Assembly (NCBI GenBank): GCA_049976425.1
Contig: JBMFIG010000001.1
Coordinates: 128,001-192,000 of the forward strand
Length of the DNA stretch: 64,000 bases
Direction of reading: 5' to 3'
Source of the DNA: Thermoproteus sp.
GTDB lineage: Archaea > Thermoproteota > Thermoprotei > Thermoproteales > Thermoproteaceae
Under the pieces are notes generated by a model. It had not been told where the DNA came from, searched no databases, and saw only the letters and a program-made list of their open reading frames with translations. Position numbers and translations under genes: made by a program. This document shows, piece by piece, positions 9,932-19,875 of the stretch; within the stretch, counting starts at the first letter, position 1; the number at the start of each line of letters is the position of its first letter.

Positions 9932-11548
9932 GTGCGCGTGGCCATAGTCGACGGCTATACTGACGAGCCCGCCGGCTTGGGAGTGCCGCCCTATATCGAC
10001 GTATATCCCCGCTACGTCGCCGGGGCCGTCAAGATGGCCGACCCTGGGAACGAGGTGAGCTACTTCACGATAGATTCGCTGAGGAGGGACTGGCCCGCCT
10101 CGCTCAGAGCGCTCGCCGGCTTCGACATGGTAGTCGTCGTGGCGGGCGTGACGACTCCCGGCAAGTATCTGGGCGGGACGCCGATATCCTACGACGAGTT
10201 GCTCGACATAGGGAGGCTGGAGGGGCCCGTCAAGATATTGGGCGGGCCGGTGGCTCGCTACGGCTACGGGATAGAGGGCGGCACCGCGGCGATTCCGCCT
10301 GGCCGATTCAAGCGTTATTACGACATAGTGGCCACGGGCGATGTGGACCTAGTCGTCTACGAGGCGCTTAAGTTCGGCGTAGAGAAGGCGCGCCCCTCAG
10401 CCACTCATGAAGGGTACGAGCTGGTGGACCAGTTCGCGGTCCGCGGCGCCTTCGTGGTACAGCAACACCCGAACTTCGGCGTCAACCTCGTAGCCGAGAT
10501 AGAGACATACAGCGGATGTCCCCGCTACGTCTCAGGCGGCTGTTCCTTCTGCACCACAGTGGCCTACGGCGCCGTGGAGTTCAGATCGCCCGAGGCCGTG
10601 GCTCGGGAGGTCGAGGCGCTCTACAAAGCCGGCGTGGTGCACTTCAGGCTGGGGAGGCAGGCCGACTTCTACGCCTATATGGCCGAGGATACCGGGAAGG
10701 TAGATCTGCCTCGGCCCAACGTAGCCGCCGTGGAGCGCTTGCTGGCGGGCGTGAGGAACGCCGCGCCGGGCCTGGAGACCTTGCATATAGACAACGTAAA
10801 CCCGGGCACTGTCGCCAGGTGGCCGAAGGAGTCCGCCGAGGTGACGCGGCTGTTGTTGAAGTACGGGACCCCGGGCAACGTGGCTGCTATGGGCGTGGAG
10901 ACCGCAGATCCCAAGGTGGTCAAGGCCAACAACCTCAAGGCGATGCCCGACGAGGCCCTCGAGGCGGTGCGGCTTATAAGCAAGATGGGCGCGGTGAGGG
11001 GGCCCAACGGCATGCCCTGGCTGTTGCCCGGCCTCAATTTCGTGCTGGGCCTCCCCGGCGAGACCAAGGAGACCTACGAGCTCAACAAGGAGTTCTTGAG
11101 GAGGATCTTGGACGAGGGCTTGTTGGTGCGGCGGGTCAACATACGGCAAGTCCTCGTCTTCCCCGGCACCAGGCTCTGGCCCGTGGCGAGGAGGCTGGAG
11201 GCGAGGCTGAGGGAGAAGAAGAGGCTGGTACACGCCTTCAAACGTTGGGTCAGAGAGAACTTCGATAGGCCTATGCTGGAGAGGGTAGTGCCTAGAGGGA
11301 CCGTCTTGAAAGGCGCCGTCGCGGAGCAGAACTACGGCGGCGGGACGTACGCCAGACAGCCCGGCTCCTACCCACTGTTGATCTATCTGCCTCTCCGCAT
11401 ACCTCCCGGGACGAAGCTAGACGTCGTGGTGGTGGAGCACGGGTTCAGAAGCGTCCTGGGCATCCCGCACCCGCCGCCGGCCAGCTCAAAGCGAGTAGCT
11501 AGATACCTTAGGAAGCTCAACGACGCCTCCGGCCCGCCTCCCTCCTAG
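9932..11548 (+). CDS. Radical SAM protein (COG1031-like archaeal family)
   Basis: IVDGYTDEPAGLGVPPYI N-terminus; CPRYVSGGCSFC (CX7CX2C); LHIDNVNP; GLPGET. Confidence 0.88.
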   Translation: MRVAIVDGYTDEPAGLGVPPYIDVYPRYVAGAVKMADPGNEVSYFTIDSLRRDWPASLRALAGFDMVVVVAGVTTPGKYLGGTPISYDELLDIGRLEGPVKILGGPVARYGYGIEGGTAAIPPGRFKRYYDIVATGDVDLVVYEALKFGVEKARPSATHEGYELVDQFAVRGAFVVQQHPNFGVNLVAEIETYSGCPRYVSGGCSFCTTVAYGAVEFRSPEAVAREVEALYKAGVVHFRLGRQADFYAYMAEDTGKVDLPRPNVAAVERLLAGVRNAAPGLETLHIDNVNPGTVARWPKESAEVTRLLLKYGTPGNVAAMGVETADPKVVKANNLKAMPDEALEAVRLISKMGAVRGPNGMPWLLPGLNFVLGLPGETKETYELNKEFLRRILDEGLLVRRVNIRQVLVFPGTRLWPVARRLEARLREKKRLVHAFKRWVRENFDRPMLERVVPRGTVLKGAVAEQNYGGGTYARQPGSYPLLIYLPLRIPPGTKLDVVVVEHGFRSVLGIPHPPPASSKRVARYLRKLNDASGPPPS

Positions 11549-11798
11549 CCGGCTTCTGGGGGGCGGCCGCCTTAGCCTTCTCCTCCTCGACGTATCTGAG
11601 ATATAGGGCTAGGATAGTGGCGGCTCCGAAAACCGCGGCCACGAACTCGGCTAGGTTCAACGACGTGTTGCCTATGGAGATATTCGGCGTTATGTATCCG
11701 CCCAACGTGGCGTAGAGGTAGAACACGGCGACGCCCACGGCGAACCCTATATAGGCGTAATAGTAGTACCGATACACCCTCTCGTCTATCCTAGGCAT
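11517..11798 (-). CDS. Small membrane protein (2 TM)
   Basis: ATG at 11798 downstream of a TATTTATA box; two hydrophobic segments. Confidence 0.7.
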   Translation of the reverse strand: MPRIDERVYRYYYYAYIGFAVGVAVFYLYATLGGYITPNISIGNTSLNLAEFVAAVFGAATILALYLRYVEEEKAKAAAPQKPARREAGRRRR

Positions 11799-12673
11799 GG
11801 CGTCCCCCAAACACACCCATATAAATATAGAGCCGACATAAGCGCCGCCGAGTAGAGCGCCATGGATATAGCCATCAGCCCGAGGCCCCGCCGCACTTGT
11901 CCCCGGTCGGGCAGATCGCCGACGCCGACGGCGTAGGAGCCCGGCTTCTCCAGCCTGACGCGTAGCGATGCGGCCACGGCCGAGATAGGCCATCTCGCGT
12001 TGGGGCTCTCAACAGACCTATCGCCTAGGACGGACAGATCCGGCTTGAGGCCGGACAGATATGCAGAGGCGAGTATAAGCCCGGCGGCGATCCTCGCCGG
12101 TATCCAGTTCACGGCGGTGTCGAGATAGGCGGCGGGCGCGCCGGATATCCCCCAGTCCCTAAAGCCGATCAAGCCGTCAAGAGTGTTGACGACTCTTTGG
12201 ACCCAGGCGCCGGGGAGGCCGAAGATGGCGTACCAGAAGAGCGGCGACACGAACGAATCCGCGAGCGACTCGGCGGCCGTCTCGAGACATGCAGAGGCCA
12301 CGTGGCCACAGTCCGCCCGGGAGAGATCGCGTCTCACGAACTGCTGGACGACGTCTCTGGGACAGGGATCCAGCCCATACGCGGAGGCGCAGGGGTAGAG
12401 TATCTGGGTCTCGGAGAACGAGAGCTTGAGGAGGTAGGCCTCCAGGAAGATCCCCCAGACGCTCGACGAGAGGTAGGACTGGGCGAGCCAAAACGCGGCG
12501 GCCGTCAACGCGGCGAACGAGGCCACCACCGCGGCGTTTCTGGCGGCGCGGCCTCTAGCAACTAAGCGCGCGGCGGCTTTATAGATCAAGGAGACGGGAT
12601 GTATCTGGGGCGGGATCAGCCTGCTGACCAGATAGCCGCGCCACCGCCTCGGCACGTCGAGGGCCTCCAACAA
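11786..12673 (-). CDS. cbiB: CobD/CbiB-family adenosylcobinamide-phosphate synthase (start uncertain)
   Basis: HPV, VRRD, AESLADSFVSPLFW, NTLDGLIG, D..NWIPAR, SPNARWP, LEKPGSY. Confidence 0.85.
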   Translation of the reverse strand: MLEALDVPRRWRGYLVSRLIPPQIHPVSLIYKAAARLVARGRAARNAAVVASFAALTAAAFWLAQSYLSSSVWGIFLEAYLLKLSFSETQILYPCASAYGLDPCPRDVVQQFVRRDLSRADCGHVASACLETAAESLADSFVSPLFWYAIFGLPGAWVQRVVNTLDGLIGFRDWGISGAPAAYLDTAVNWIPARIAAGLILASAYLSGLKPDLSVLGDRSVESPNARWPISAVAASLRVRLEKPGSYAVGVGDLPDRGQVRRGLGLMAISMALYSAALMSALYLYGCVWGTPCLG

Positions 12674-12678
12674 CAGAG

Positions 12679-13218
12679 CTATCGCGAGGACGAGCGGAGA
12701 TCCCCACTCAACCTCCTCGCGACCGTCCTTAAAAGCCTTCTGATGGTCCTCCTCCTCTCCACCGAGCCGTAGAGCTTGACGGCGGCCCTCCTCACGCTCT
12801 TGTACTTGGCGACGGCGGCTAGGACCCTCCTCTCCTCCTCGGTCAGCTCGAGCCGCCTAAGCGCCAGCTCGGCCAGCTCGTAGGGCTTCAGCCCTCCGTA
12901 GGCCCAATCGTCCGGCAGGTCCACGGGCTTGACGGAGCCGAACACTATTATGGAGACCACGTCGTCGTCCTTAATACCGCGGTAGTGCCTCCTCAACGCC
13001 CTCTTAAGCTCCTCCACGTTGCTGTACCCGTCGAGCTCCGCGTCGAAGTCGTCCAGCTCGGCCACCCGCTTATACCTGACGTCGAGCACCTCGGCCACTG
13101 CAACTATCCGGCCCCCGCTGTGTATTATGGCCTCCCTATCCCTCCTCACCATCCCGAGCCGCACCGTGGCCCTCTTCCTGCCGGAGAGCAGATCGGCGAC
13201 GTAGCGGCTCGAGAGCAT
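12679..13218 (-). CDS. ASCH domain protein with C-terminal helix-turn-helix-like region
   Basis: SGRKRATVR ASCH motif, DAELDGY; ATG at 13218. Confidence 0.8.
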   Translation of the reverse strand: MLSSRYVADLLSGRKRATVRLGMVRRDREAIIHSGGRIVAVAEVLDVRYKRVAELDDFDAELDGYSNVEELKRALRRHYRGIKDDDVVSIIVFGSVKPVDLPDDWAYGGLKPYELAELALRRLELTEEERRVLAAVAKYKSVRRAAVKLYGSVERRRTIRRLLRTVARRLSGDLRSSSR

Positions 13219-13279
13219 TAAATGCACATAGGCTCCCGGGGCCCGGATAAAATTTTTGTTTCCGTCGAGCTGGGCCGAT

Positions 13280-14155
13280 GTGAGGTGGGACCCCGAGGCG
13301 GCCAGCTCGGCTTTCTGGCGGTACCTCAAGTTCGTGCGGATAGAGCACACCCTCTTCGCGCTCCCCATGGCCTACGCCGCCGCGTTGGAGGCCTCCGGCG
13401 GCTCCTTGACCCTATGGCAAGCCGTCTGGATAGCGGCGGCCTTCGTCGGGCTGAGGATAGCCGGGATGTCGTACAACAACATCGCCGACCGCGAGATAGA
13501 CGCGTTGAACCCGAGGACCAAGAGCAGGATGCTGGTGACGGGCGCCGTCAGTCTGAGAGGCGCCTACGCGGCCTTCGCCGTAGGGATCGCGCTCTTCGAG
13601 CTGTCGGCCGCTATGCTGGGCCCGTGGCCTCTCTACCTCAGCCTCCCCTACCTCGCCGTGACGGTGACCTACCCCTACGCGAAGCGCCTCCACTGCCTCC
13701 CGCACCTACACCTAGGCGCCGTCTACGCGTTGGTGCCGTTAGGCGCATCTATAGCCATATATAGCAACGACATACGCACCGCCGTATTGCACACGCCGTG
13801 GTTGCTGGTGCTGGGATCGGCCCTCTGGGTCGCTGGATTCGACACTTTCTACTCGAAGATGGATCTGGACTTCGACAGGAGGATGGGGCTGGGAAGCATA
13901 CCCGCCTGCTACGGCGAACGCGCGGCGAGGGCCTCGTGGGTCTTTCTGTTGGCCGCATCGGCCGCGCTGTATTTGTGGAACTACTTGTCGCTAGGCGGCG
14001 GGTTGCCCGGCCTCGCGTTGACGGCCTTGGGATCCGCCGTAGAGGTGTGGTCAGCCATAACGGCGCTGGACGAGAAGAGGATACCCACGGCGTTCAACGC
14101 CAATCTGTCGGTCGGACTGCTCATCGCCGCGGGGATACTGGCGAATTATCTGTAG
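13280..14155 (+). CDS. ubiA: UbiA-family (MqnP-like) prenyltransferase
   Basis: IEHTLFALP, NNIADREIDALNPRT, YPYAKR, GFDTFY..D..FD. Confidence 0.9.
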   Translation: MRWDPEAASSAFWRYLKFVRIEHTLFALPMAYAAALEASGGSLTLWQAVWIAAAFVGLRIAGMSYNNIADREIDALNPRTKSRMLVTGAVSLRGAYAAFAVGIALFELSAAMLGPWPLYLSLPYLAVTVTYPYAKRLHCLPHLHLGAVYALVPLGASIAIYSNDIRTAVLHTPWLLVLGSALWVAGFDTFYSKMDLDFDRRMGLGSIPACYGERAARASWVFLLAASAALYLWNYLSLGGGLPGLALTALGSAVEVWSAITALDEKRIPTAFNANLSVGLLIAAGILANYL

Positions 14156-14212
14156 GGCATTCACGAAGGCGGCCGAACGGCATCGGGCGCCTGCGCAGTT
14201 TTTAACCGGCAA

Positions 14213-15649
14213 GTGGTAGAGCCTATGGACGACCTCAGGGAGTTCCTCGAGGCGTTGGAGGCGCGGGGCCAGCTGAGGAGGGTATCGGCAGAGCTCTCGC
14301 CGGAGCTGGAGATCCCGGAGGCCATAAGACAGGCCGCGTACAGAAGGGGCCCCGCCCTCTTGTTCGAGAAGGTCAAGGGGCATCCAGGCTGGCGGGTGGC
14401 CGGAAACCTCTTCACTCTGGACAGGATAAAGCTGGCGCTCGGCGTCGAGAGGCTGGAGGAGGTGGGCGATAGGCTTCTGGCCCCCCTCTCGGCGCCTCCG
14501 CCCACCACGTTCTTGGAAAAGCTCAAGGCGTTCGCCGAGGCGGCCTCGTTGGGCAGATACATGCCGAAGCTGGTCAGAGGCGGCCCCGTCAAGGAGGTAG
14601 CGGCAGACCCAGACCTGACCTCGCTCCCGGCGTTTAGGTCCTGGCCGAAGGACGCGGGGCGCTACATCACCTACGGGCTGTTCATCACGAGGGACGCGAG
14701 GGGGATAACCAACATAGGGGTGTACAGGATACAGATACTGAACAAGACAGAGGCCGTGGTCCACGCCCAGATACACAAGAGGGCGGCGGAGCTGTTCTCC
14801 AGCTCCGAGGGTTGCGTCGACGCGGCCATAGCCATAGGCGGAGATCCCGCCTTGATGCTCAGCGGCATGATGCCGACCCCCTACCCGCTGGACGAGTACC
14901 TGTTCGCCGGCGTCGTCAAGGGCGACGGAGTCGAGGTGACGAAGGGCGTCGCGACGGATCTCTTGATACCCGCGAGGGCCGAGGCCGTCGTCGAGGGTTG
15001 CGTCGACGTGAGGGACCTACGCAAGGAGGGGCCTTTCGGCGACCACTACGGCGTGTACGACAGAGGGGGCCTCTACCCAGTCTTCAAGGCCAAGGCCCTC
15101 CTCCGGAGGGAGGACCCTATATACTACGGCACGGTCGTGGGGAAGCCTCCGCTGGAGGACGCCTGGATGGGGAAGGCTGTGGAGAGGATATTCCTCCCCG
15201 TGTTGAGGTTCCTGGTGCCCGAGATAGTCGATCTGAATCTGCCCGAGCACGGGCTCTACCAAGGCGTCGCCATAGTGTCCATTAGGAAGAGGTACCCGGG
15301 GCAGGCCAAGAAGGTGATGGCCGCCCTCTGGGGCCTCGGCCACATGATGTCGCTGACCAAGATAGTCATCGTTGTGGACCACGACGTGGACGTCCACGAC
15401 CTGAACCAGGTCGTCTTTGCCCTAGCCCAGCGAGTCGATCCCCAGAGGGACGTGGTGGTCGTGCCGGGCGCCCACGTGGACGTGCTGGACACAGGCTCGC
15501 CGGTGCCCGGCTACGGCTCCAAGCTCGGCATAGACGCCACGCGGAAGCTCCCGGAGGAATACGGCGGAGGGCAGTGGCCGGAGGAGGTGGAGCCGGATCC
15601 CGAGGTGGCTAAAAAGATCTCCGATGTGCTGAGGTCCGTGCTTCAGTAG
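14213..15649 (+). CDS. ubiD: UbiD-family prFMN-dependent decarboxylase
   Basis: DLREFL, NIGVYRIQ, EGPFGDHYG, GKPPLED, SKLGIDATRK. Confidence 0.95.
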   Translation: MVEPMDDLREFLEALEARGQLRRVSAELSPELEIPEAIRQAAYRRGPALLFEKVKGHPGWRVAGNLFTLDRIKLALGVERLEEVGDRLLAPLSAPPPTTFLEKLKAFAEAASLGRYMPKLVRGGPVKEVAADPDLTSLPAFRSWPKDAGRYITYGLFITRDARGITNIGVYRIQILNKTEAVVHAQIHKRAAELFSSSEGCVDAAIAIGGDPALMLSGMMPTPYPLDEYLFAGVVKGDGVEVTKGVATDLLIPARAEAVVEGCVDVRDLRKEGPFGDHYGVYDRGGLYPVFKAKALLRREDPIYYGTVVGKPPLEDAWMGKAVERIFLPVLRFLVPEIVDLNLPEHGLYQGVAIVSIRKRYPGQAKKVMAALWGLGHMMSLTKIVIVVDHDVDVHDLNQVVFALAQRVDPQRDVVVVPGAHVDVLDTGSPVPGYGSKLGIDATRKLPEEYGGGQWPEEVEPDPEVAKKISDVLRSVLQ

Positions 15650-15767
15650 CTTTCCGGCCGCAACGCCGGCAGGTAGGCGCGGGGATCTAACAGCGTGGGG
15701 CTGGGCTTAGCCGGAATTCGTAGATAGGGAGGCGGTGAGGAGGGCGCCGAGGACGGGCAGGCGCGCC

Positions 15768-16922
15768 TCAGTACTCCAGAAGATCGACGCCGAGCAGATA
15801 GGCGACGGCCCTAAGCTCCTGCCTCACGTCGCCCGGGATAAAGACGTGGTGGTTCGCCGGAGCCGCCTCGAAGATCCTCCTGCCGTCGAAATGCGGCCTC
15901 GCCCTCAGTTGCGTCCTGCAGGCCCAGTCCACCAAGTTCCCGGACTCGATCGCGTCGAAGACGCCCACGGCCAGCCTCTCGAAGGTCGGGCCGAAGCTGA
16001 CCGCCGTATATCTCGACTCGGCCAGCGACGCGGCGAGGCCCCAAGGCCTCCCGGTCTCGAAATGCGGCATGAGGCGCCAGCCCCTCGCCATGTCGAGAGA
16101 CACCGTGCAGTGGGCGAAAAACGCCTCTCCAGACCCGGCGTACACCACGTTGGCTATCCAGCCGCTACGCCCAGTCAGCCCCCTGGAAAGCAACATGCCG
16201 GCGAGCGCTTGGAGATCCCCCTCGCAGGCCACCAAGTCGCCCCTCGCGTTGGCTAAGGCGAGCGCCAGACAGGGGGTGACGCCGTATTTCACGATATAGG
16301 GAAAACACGCCAGCGCCTTGCCGTCGTACCCGCCGAGAGATCTAAGCGCAGTGTATATTTTAGCCGCCTCCTCGACGCCGAAAATCGCCATGAATTCGGG
16401 ATCCGGCGGAGAGCTCCTCACAAGCTCGGCGAATTTGTCCAGATCCATCACGTCGACGGAGCCCCCGAACTTCGCCGAGAACCTATCCGCCTGGGCGCTA
16501 CGCCTCCCTATCAACAAGACCCTCGGCGCCGTCAAGAGCGCGGCCGTCCTCGCGATCTTCCTGGCGCTGGCGGCCGCGCCGCCGCAGTCCCCGCCGGGGG
16601 CGCAGTGCAGAGGCCAGACCCTGACCCCCTCCGCCTCCAGATAGGATCGGGCCGAGAGAGACGACGCGGCGCCGTTGTGCTCGGGAAAGCCCAGCGTCAC
16701 CACGGCCCTGACGCCCAGACGCCTCGCGTAGTCAGCCACGGCGACGCCCGTGCCGCCCGTCAAGGTGACGGCCAGCAGTACCTTGGCCTCGGCGTCCGGC
16801 GCCTCGTCGGAAGACTTGAAGGGGCCCAACACCTCGGGCAGAACGCGCCTCACCTCCTCGAAAGCCCTCTTGACATACGCCCCGCCGTGGATCGGCGAGT
16901 AGAACGCCGCGGCCACGTACAT
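15768..16922 (-). CDS. L-fucose/L-arabinose isomerase-like protein
   Basis: TGGT, TPCLAL, ACEGD, FAHCTV, PHFETG, CRTQ, ANHH; ATG at 16922 (the longer ORF runs through the tRNA). Confidence 0.8.
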   Translation of the reverse strand: MYVAAAFYSPIHGGAYVKRAFEEVRRVLPEVLGPFKSSDEAPDAEAKVLLAVTLTGGTGVAVADYARRLGVRAVVTLGFPEHNGAASSLSARSYLEAEGVRVWPLHCAPGGDCGGAAASARKIARTAALLTAPRVLLIGRRSAQADRFSAKFGGSVDVMDLDKFAELVRSSPPDPEFMAIFGVEEAAKIYTALRSLGGYDGKALACFPYIVKYGVTPCLALALANARGDLVACEGDLQALAGMLLSRGLTGRSGWIANVVYAGSGEAFFAHCTVSLDMARGWRLMPHFETGRPWGLAASLAESRYTAVSFGPTFERLAVGVFDAIESGNLVDWACRTQLRARPHFDGRRIFEAAPANHHVFIPGDVRQELRAVAYLLGVDLLEY

Positions 16923-16971
16923 CGCATCTACACGAGGCAAAATTAATAAATGTAGGCGTGGTGTTCTGAGA

Positions 16972-17092
16972 GCCGCCGTAGCTAAGCCCGGTATAGCGGC
17001 GGACCCTGCAGGGGGCCGACGCTGCAGACCCGTAGGTCCCGTCGAGCCCCCGCGAGGGGGTTCGGGATAGGGTTCAAATCCCGGCGGCGGCT
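16972..17092 (+). tRNA. tRNA-Cys(GCA) with two introns (17003-17020 at 30/31; 17042-17070 at 51/52)
   Basis: Acceptor stem GCCGCCG/CGGCGGC plus U73; after splicing, anticodon arm GCGGG-CUGCAGA-CCCGU and T arm CCGGG-UUCAAAU-CCCGG; both introns form BHB motifs; TTAATAAA box at about 16943. Confidence 0.92.
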
Positions 17093-17243
17093 TCCATAGG
17101 GCTCTGCCCGTCGCCACAGAATTCTGTCATTCTGTAGACAGGCCCAGGCCTCATCAGCGCCTCCAGTGCGCCGCCTGTGAGGTGTATCTGCTTGAGTACT
17201 CAGCTAGATCCGTAGCCCTACCCCCGTCTACACTTCAGCCGCT

Positions 17244-17756
17244 TCAAGATCTGTCGGATAAGCCCGCCGCCCCCAGCCTCGCCGCCAGCTCCAGCACAGC
17301 GCCGGCGAGCCTCTTCACGTCCTCCTCCACGAACTCAAGAGAGGGGTATCTGCTAAAGACGCCCGCCCTATCCAGCCCGTTATACTGAAACTCGTGCAGA
17401 TTCAAGGCCACGTTCGTCAAATCCACAAGGGCGATTCCGGCCGCCTTCTCAAGCACGCCGGCCACCGCCAGCATGTAGCCCGTAGGCATAAACGCCGCGA
17501 TAAAGTCGGCGAGCCTAACCCTCCTACCCTCTCTAGTGCCCCTAACCCCGCGGAAGCGCTCCGCCAACACATCCACGTAGTCGACAGCCAACGCAGCCAG
17601 CAGAGCCTTCCAGGCCTGAAAAGCCTTGCCGGCCGCGTTCCGGTAAAGACCCTCCTCCAGAAACCTCAAGGCGAGCTCGGCCTCGTACCGCGCCTCCAGA
17701 AGCCTCCCCCTCTTGTAGCCAGCGGGATCTCTCCAGGGCTTCGAAAGCTCAAGCAC
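17244..17756 (-). CDS. PaREP1-family (HEPN-like) protein
   Basis: PWRDP..YK..RL.EA..EA.LA..FL..GLYRNAAGKAFQAWKA, LHEFQYNG; GTG at 17756 below a TATA box. Confidence 0.88.
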   Translation of the reverse strand: MLELSKPWRDPAGYKRGRLLEARYEAELALRFLEEGLYRNAAGKAFQAWKALLAALAVDYVDVLAERFRGVRGTREGRRVRLADFIAAFMPTGYMLAVAGVLEKAAGIALVDLTNVALNLHEFQYNGLDRAGVFSRYPSLEFVEEDVKRLAGAVLELAARLGAAGLSDRS

Positions 17757-18243
17757 GGAACCCCCGGGATGCGTAAATATATCCTTACAGCCCAAAGATC
17801 TACTGCTCTCCTTAAGCGGCCCCAGGCCACGCCAAGCGGCGAGGAGGCCGCGGCGGCTAAGTCTCCGGTCGCGCCCTACACGCCGGTGTTCGTCTGCAAG
17901 GAGAGGAGGTTACGTGAGGGCCGCACGCGTCCTCACCGACCTCCTCTTATGCAGGCGGCAGATGCCTCTCTACGAGAAGGCCTCGGAGAGAGCTGTGACG
18001 TATATAGCTGAGGCTGTGGTAAGGTACATAGGCCTCTTCGAAGCCGATAAAAAGAGTCATACATAACCATTGAATTGAGAAATGTAAAAAAGGAAAGTTT
18101 TTAAAGTTGCCCCTCACTTCTATTATGGTCAACGAAGTAAAAGGAGAGATATATGAAAGATCCGAGGCAAAACCGTCGGTAGGCGCGTGTGGGGACGTGG
18201 GCAGAGACGCGCCGCAGGGTCAAAGTGGCGGCGCTGGCCCCTC

Positions 18244-19407
18244 ATGGCGTGGATTAAGCGGAACGTAGCTATACTCTACGGAGTTGGCTACAGTAAGGGG
18301 TTTATAAACGGGTTTCTAACGTGGTACCTATCCCTCAAGCTGTACGACTGGGGTCTCGCCGTCTTCGCCGTGGTGAGGCTCGCGGCGCAAGTGCTAGACT
18401 CCGCCGCCAATCTGGCGGGGGGCTACCTAGCCGATAGAATTGGGCGGAAGCCCACGTTGATAATTACAGACGTGGTGTACATCTCCTCAATCCTATGCCT
18501 CCTAAAGCCGGAGCTCCTCCCGCTGGCGGTGTTGCTGTTCTATACCGCAGACGGCCTCCCCACGTCGGCCTCCTTCGTCATGCGTATGGAATCCGTGCCC
18601 GAGAACTGGAGGGGGAAGATCATCTCAATAGGCCCCGCCCTCTCATACGCCTCGTACGCCGCCGGCTCCTTTGCCCTGGGGCTAATCGCCGCCTCCCACG
18701 GACATACGTGGGCTATCTACGTCATACTGGCGATATCAGCCGCGGGCCTCGCCGCCAGATTCCTCCTCATAGAGACCGCGAGGAGGGCCTCGACCTCCAC
18801 CTCCCTCAGCTACCTCAGGGAGTTGAAAACTGTATTCACCTCGCGTATATACGGCAGAGTACTCGCCGTGATGACGCTTCTCGGCATCTCCTTCGCAATC
18901 TCGCCCTTCATAGCACCCTTCCTAAAAGAGGTGGTGGGCATGTCGGAGCGCGAGATCGCCATGTTCTTTACACTCTACAACCTCGTGCCTATACCCATCT
19001 CGCTGGCGCTGGGCCACCTCGTGGATAAGTACAGAGAGTCGATCCCCCGGCTCATGGCGGCTCTGCTACTCGCCGACTTCCCCTTCATAGCCTTATTCGC
19101 GTTGTTCAGCCCAGCGGCGCCCATCTTCGCCTACGCCATGCTGGGAAGCGTCTCCCTGGCGTCTATATACAGAGCGGCGTTAAACATATACGTCTCCGAC
19201 GTCTTCAAAACCCACAGAGGTCTGCTAGTGGCCCTCAACGCGATCCTCATGGCGAACCTCCCCGGCGTTGCGATCCCCCTGGTAGCCGCGTTATGGGCCG
19301 TGCTAGGCCCCACGCTGGCTATTCTCCTAGTGGCGGCGGTCAGACTCGCCGCCGCGGCCGTACTGCTGGCCAGCTACGGGAAGAGATCCACCGGGCCGCC
19401 CACCTGA
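18244..19407 (+). CDS. MFS transporter
   Basis: GGYLADRIGRK motif A, ESVPENWRG, GHLVDKY; about 12 TM segments. Confidence 0.9.
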   Translation: MAWIKRNVAILYGVGYSKGFINGFLTWYLSLKLYDWGLAVFAVVRLAAQVLDSAANLAGGYLADRIGRKPTLIITDVVYISSILCLLKPELLPLAVLLFYTADGLPTSASFVMRMESVPENWRGKIISIGPALSYASYAAGSFALGLIAASHGHTWAIYVILAISAAGLAARFLLIETARRASTSTSLSYLRELKTVFTSRIYGRVLAVMTLLGISFAISPFIAPFLKEVVGMSEREIAMFFTLYNLVPIPISLALGHLVDKYRESIPRLMAALLLADFPFIALFALFSPAAPIFAYAMLGSVSLASIYRAALNIYVSDVFKTHRGLLVALNAILMANLPGVAIPLVAALWAVLGPTLAILLVAAVRLAAAAVLLASYGKRSTGPPT

Positions 19408-19875
19408 GGAGCAACGTACACCAGTATGCGGAGGAATTACGGTGAAGACTACATGCGGCGTCCGGCACGTCTGAAGAGGAAAAAGGGGTAGCGCTTGGTG
19501 GATTACCAAAAGACAGTTGCCGCGTTGAAGGACTTGGGAATGGAGAGGTGGAGCAGAGAAGAAAGGCGGAGGCGCCTCGCCAGAGGCGCACCTGAGGCGT
19601 CGATGTGCCTAGAGCTCACATGCGCTACTCTGGGCATCCCCCAGAGAAAAACTTAAAAACACACAACCGGATGATTATCGATATATTTAAAATGAAAAAG
19701 ATTAATATTATTAAGAATTTTTAATTTCTTAAAAATATTTAAATGATATATTTATATATAAAATATAAAATTAAACGTGACCAATCGCTTTACTTTATTA
19801 AAGTTTTTAAATAGATAAATCGAGGAAAATTTCTCATTTAAGATAACCTTTTTAACTATAAATCGGATTTACTAT

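Noticed and set aside
16923-17117. N-terminal extension of the 449-aa isomerase-like ORF
   Set aside because: Runs antisense through tRNA-Cys; the real start is the ATG at 16922
17100-17160. Minus-strand TGATGA as a C/D sRNA
   Set aside because: No CTGA D box at a suitable distance, only CAGA variants; too weak to call
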